This document shows, piece by piece, positions 25,378 through 27,443 of a stretch of DNA of 27,443 nucleotides. Positions within the stretch are counted from its first letter, which is position 1. Each line of letters opens with the position of its first letter. The notes beneath the pieces are model-generated. The model saw only the letters and a program-made list of their open reading frames with translations, had not been told where the DNA came from and did not search any database. This DNA is from a virus (taxonomy: Duplodnaviria > Heunggongvirae > Uroviricota > Caudoviricetes). The stretch lies in the IMG/VR virus record IMGVR_UViG_3300017747_002194, positions 64,001 to 91,443 of that record. One strand, 5' to 3'. The translations under genes were made by a program, and so were the position numbers.

Positions 25378-25927
25378 CTTTTGTTTAGTTTTATTTGATA
25401 GTTTACCTAAACACAGTTTAAATGTTCTGTAAAAACGTTCCTTGTAGGTTAGTTGGTTAAACCTTACTTTAAAATATTGTAACTTAGTTACAGAAAATGA
25501 TAGTTAGGTGATGTATTTGGTAGTTCTTATACAGCATACTATACGTGAGGTGGTTTAATATCTTTCCACCAGTTAGTCCAAAACTAAAAGATAATATTAT
25601 ATAATTTATTGAAACAAAGTCTTACTAACTTTAAAGTAAATAAATTATATTTTATTAAAATACTTAAGTGGATAAAGGAATGTGTGTTGTAGACATTCCT
25701 CCACAAATATTAATCAAAGTTGCGTACCATGTGATGCTGATTATAACCTCGCCAAGATTAGGTTAGACTTGGCCATATTAAACAAACTTATAAGTTGTCC
25801 TTTAACTAGGCATGATAAAAGCATCTAAACAGTGTGTATATCTCAGCATGAAACTTACAATCAGGTGAGAAGCCTGTTCTTTTTAAACAATTCATTTAAT
25901 CAATAAATCAATTAAAATCAAACAATC

Positions 25928-26401
25928 ATGAAACAATCAATTCAAATTAAATTATTATTAATAGGATTAATAGTAGTTTTAGTATCAGCATGTTCTTTTG
26001 GACAACAAGGTTTTGACACTAATATGTTCAAAACTAAATCTCAATTAAAACAATTAGATAAAGGTAAAATCAAATTAGATTTATCTATTTTTGTTGATAA
26101 CCAAACAATTGAAGATACATCATACACATTAAGTATTGTAAATTACAATACAGGTATGCTAACTTCAATGCAAGTATCTAATAAATTTGTATTATATTTA
26201 GATTATTCTAATCAATATGAAGTATCAATATGTTATAAAAACTCTAATACTAAAGCAATTCTTGTAGATACAGAGGCTTTGTACGATAATTGGTACATCA
26301 TAACAAGTATTTCATTAACAAATAATTCTAAAGAAAGAATACTTGCAGGAGCTATTAGATACGATCAGAAATCTAATACATTTAAAAAGTATAAAAATTA
26401 A
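25928..26401 (+). CDS. Exported protein / probable lipoprotein
   Basis: MKQSIQIK-LLLIGLIVVL-VSAC signal with a lipobox-like Cys (SPase I cleavage near SFG-Q is also possible); 157 aa. Confidence 0.7.
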   Translation: MKQSIQIKLLLIGLIVVLVSACSFGQQGFDTNMFKTKSQLKQLDKGKIKLDLSIFVDNQTIEDTSYTLSIVNYNTGMLTSMQVSNKFVLYLDYSNQYEVSICYKNSNTKAILVDTEALYDNWYIITSISLTNNSKERILAGAIRYDQKSNTFKKYKN

Positions 26402-26405
26402 ATCA

Positions 26406-26437
26406 GGAGGCTAGATTTATTCTAGCTTCCCTTTTTT
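26406..26437 (+). terminator. Rho-independent terminator
   Basis: GGAGGCTAGA-TTTAT-TCTAGCTTCC 10-bp stem followed by CTTTTTT. Confidence 0.9.
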
Positions 26438-26471
26438 AACACCGTAATTCAAACCTCAAATTTTAAAACAA

Positions 26472-26915
26472 ATGAAAAAACAATTTCTTTTAGCAGCAAT
26501 TACAATGGTATTTGCTTCTTGTCAAAAACAAACAATTGAACCAGAACCTGTAAATAATATTCAACAAACTACTTCTTGTGGACCATTAGGAGCTTGTTGG
26601 TCAGGCACATTTCAATATGATTCTGCATTAACTAGTCAATACGTATTAACAAATCCTACAGTTCAAGATACTGCTTTATCTAATTTCTACTATACAATCT
26701 ATGGAGATAGAGATAGTTTAAGTTCTGTATCAGGTAAATGGTTTGTTCATTATACTACAGATAGTTTAACACAAACTTATACATTTCTAGTTCCTTGGAA
26801 TTTAGTATATGGTAATCCTTGGCTTTTAAAAAACCAAGATTTTGCAAGTTCTTTTTTATTAACTACAAAAACAAATAAATCATTTATAGTTAAACGTACA
26901 TCATATATGTATTAA
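26472..26915 (+). CDS. Lipoprotein with Bacteroidota-type signal
   Basis: MKK-QFLLAAITMV-FASC lipobox followed by QKQTIEPEP; CGPLGAC Cys pair; 147 aa. Confidence 0.8.
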   Translation: MKKQFLLAAITMVFASCQKQTIEPEPVNNIQQTTSCGPLGACWSGTFQYDSALTSQYVLTNPTVQDTALSNFYYTIYGDRDSLSSVSGKWFVHYTTDSLTQTYTFLVPWNLVYGNPWLLKNQDFASSFLLTTKTNKSFIVKRTSYMY

Positions 26916-26997
26916 TATTTAATCTAGTAGTTCTAAAGACTACAACTTATAAGCATAACCTAGAAAATAGGACTCGGAAAATAAGTAGATTTGATAG

Positions 26998-27069
26998 CAA
27001 GTAGTGTAGAAGTGGTTGCAAAGCCAACAAGTGCACAGTAGTTTATATTAGTAAAATATACACTACTTG
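26998..27069 (+). ncRNA. Candidate small structured RNA (three-way junction)
   Basis: Perfect 11-bp closing helix CAAGTAGTGTA/TACACTACTTG; internal TGGTT-GCAA-AGCCA GNRA hairpin and an AU hairpin; TAGATTTG element 4 nt upstream. Confidence 0.4.
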
Positions 27070-27233
27070 TAAAAACCAATGATTAAATAAATTAACAATA
27101 CATAAAACTATCAAAGTTATCAGAGTGAGATAGTCTATAATTAGGTTAAACAGCAATGTCTAAGATAGTTTAAATACAGGGGATAACCAGTCTAGAATGC
27201 TTGTATTTTTCAATAACATTAAAACAAAGTAAA

Positions 27234-27443
27234 ATGGATAAGGAAAACGGAATACCAAAAAAAATACATCTTCAAATAGGTGATGAAGTAGATTTAAATG
27301 AAGTTAATTTTAATGATTTAGACCATGAAAACGTTACATGGTGTCAAGATAGAATATTTAAAAATGATTTAGAATATATCTTTATTGATGAATATAAGTT
27401 ATTAAAAGAACAGTTTGAAGATGTAAAGAATAAAAATTTAGAA
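27234..27443 (+). CDS. Partial hypothetical protein (runs off the window end)
   Basis: Not in the ORF track; ATG 27234 after an A-rich leader; open for 70 codons: MDKENGIPKKIHLQIGDEV...VTWCQDRIFKNDLEY... Confidence 0.75.
   Translation, partial: MDKENGIPKKIHLQIGDEVDLNEVNFNDLDHENVTWCQDRIFKNDLEYIFIDEYKLLKEQFEDVKNKNLE

Larger units (their letters stand above)
24881..25920 (+). repeat. Exact 20-nt direct repeat CAATAAATCAATTAAAATCA at 24881-24900 and 25901-25920
   Basis: Both copies lie in 5' leaders, ending 19 and 7 nt before the ATGs at 24920 and 25928. Confidence 0.85.

Noticed and set aside
25730-25860. Possible hammerhead ribozyme (CTGATT...GAAAC)
   Set aside because: Core is CTGATTA, not CTGANGA, and the flanking stems do not fit.
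23475-27233. CRISPR, TIGR-like or other regularly spaced repeat array in the long intergenic regions
   Set aside because: No periodic repeat-spacer structure seen by eye; only isolated pairs and palindromes.
1-27443. Stop-codon reassignment (TAG to Gln or TGA to Trp), known in some crAss-like phages
   Set aside because: Long genes are intact in code 11. TAG ends the MCP and 8081..9355 just before terminators, TGA ends 1616..2005 in an ATGA overlap, and no suppressor tRNA is present.
1-27443. Prophage, mobile element or diversity-generating retroelement
   Set aside because: No integrase, transposase, reverse transcriptase, host genes or template/variable repeat pair is visible in this window.

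Overview
This window is a fragment of a lytic, AT-rich tailed phage genome related to Crassvirales (crAss-like), with a Bacteroidota host inferred from TTTG-N20-TAnnTTT(G/A) promoters and Bacteroidota-type lipoprotein signals. Positions 1-23043 form a minus-strand late/structural arm. Read in transcription order it holds small hypotheticals, a ~310-nt ORF-free unit with its own promoter, wHTH, HU/IHF-like, Cys-rich and zincin (HExxH) genes, and three tRNAs (Ser-UGA, Tyr-GUA, Ser-GCU). These are followed by probable TerS, TerL, portal, a ferritin, scaffold-like protein, major capsid protein, neck/ring, decoration, tail-hub-like and tail/fibre genes, and a holin candidate. At ~23100-23200 transcription diverges across phased A/T tracts and a GC island into a sparse plus-strand region. 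That region has small ORFs, two exported/lipoproteins, a tRNA-His-like gene with a 23-nt anticodon loop, and long hairpin-rich intergenic stretches. The standard genetic code fits, and no integrase, CRISPR array, intron or intein was seen. The best candidates for new biology are the promoter-bearing structured RNA at 21864-22172, the anticodon-expanded tRNA-like gene at 25286-25377 and the small three-way-junction RNA at 26998-27069. All assignments come from reading the sequence and from recalled family features; no database search or folding program was run.
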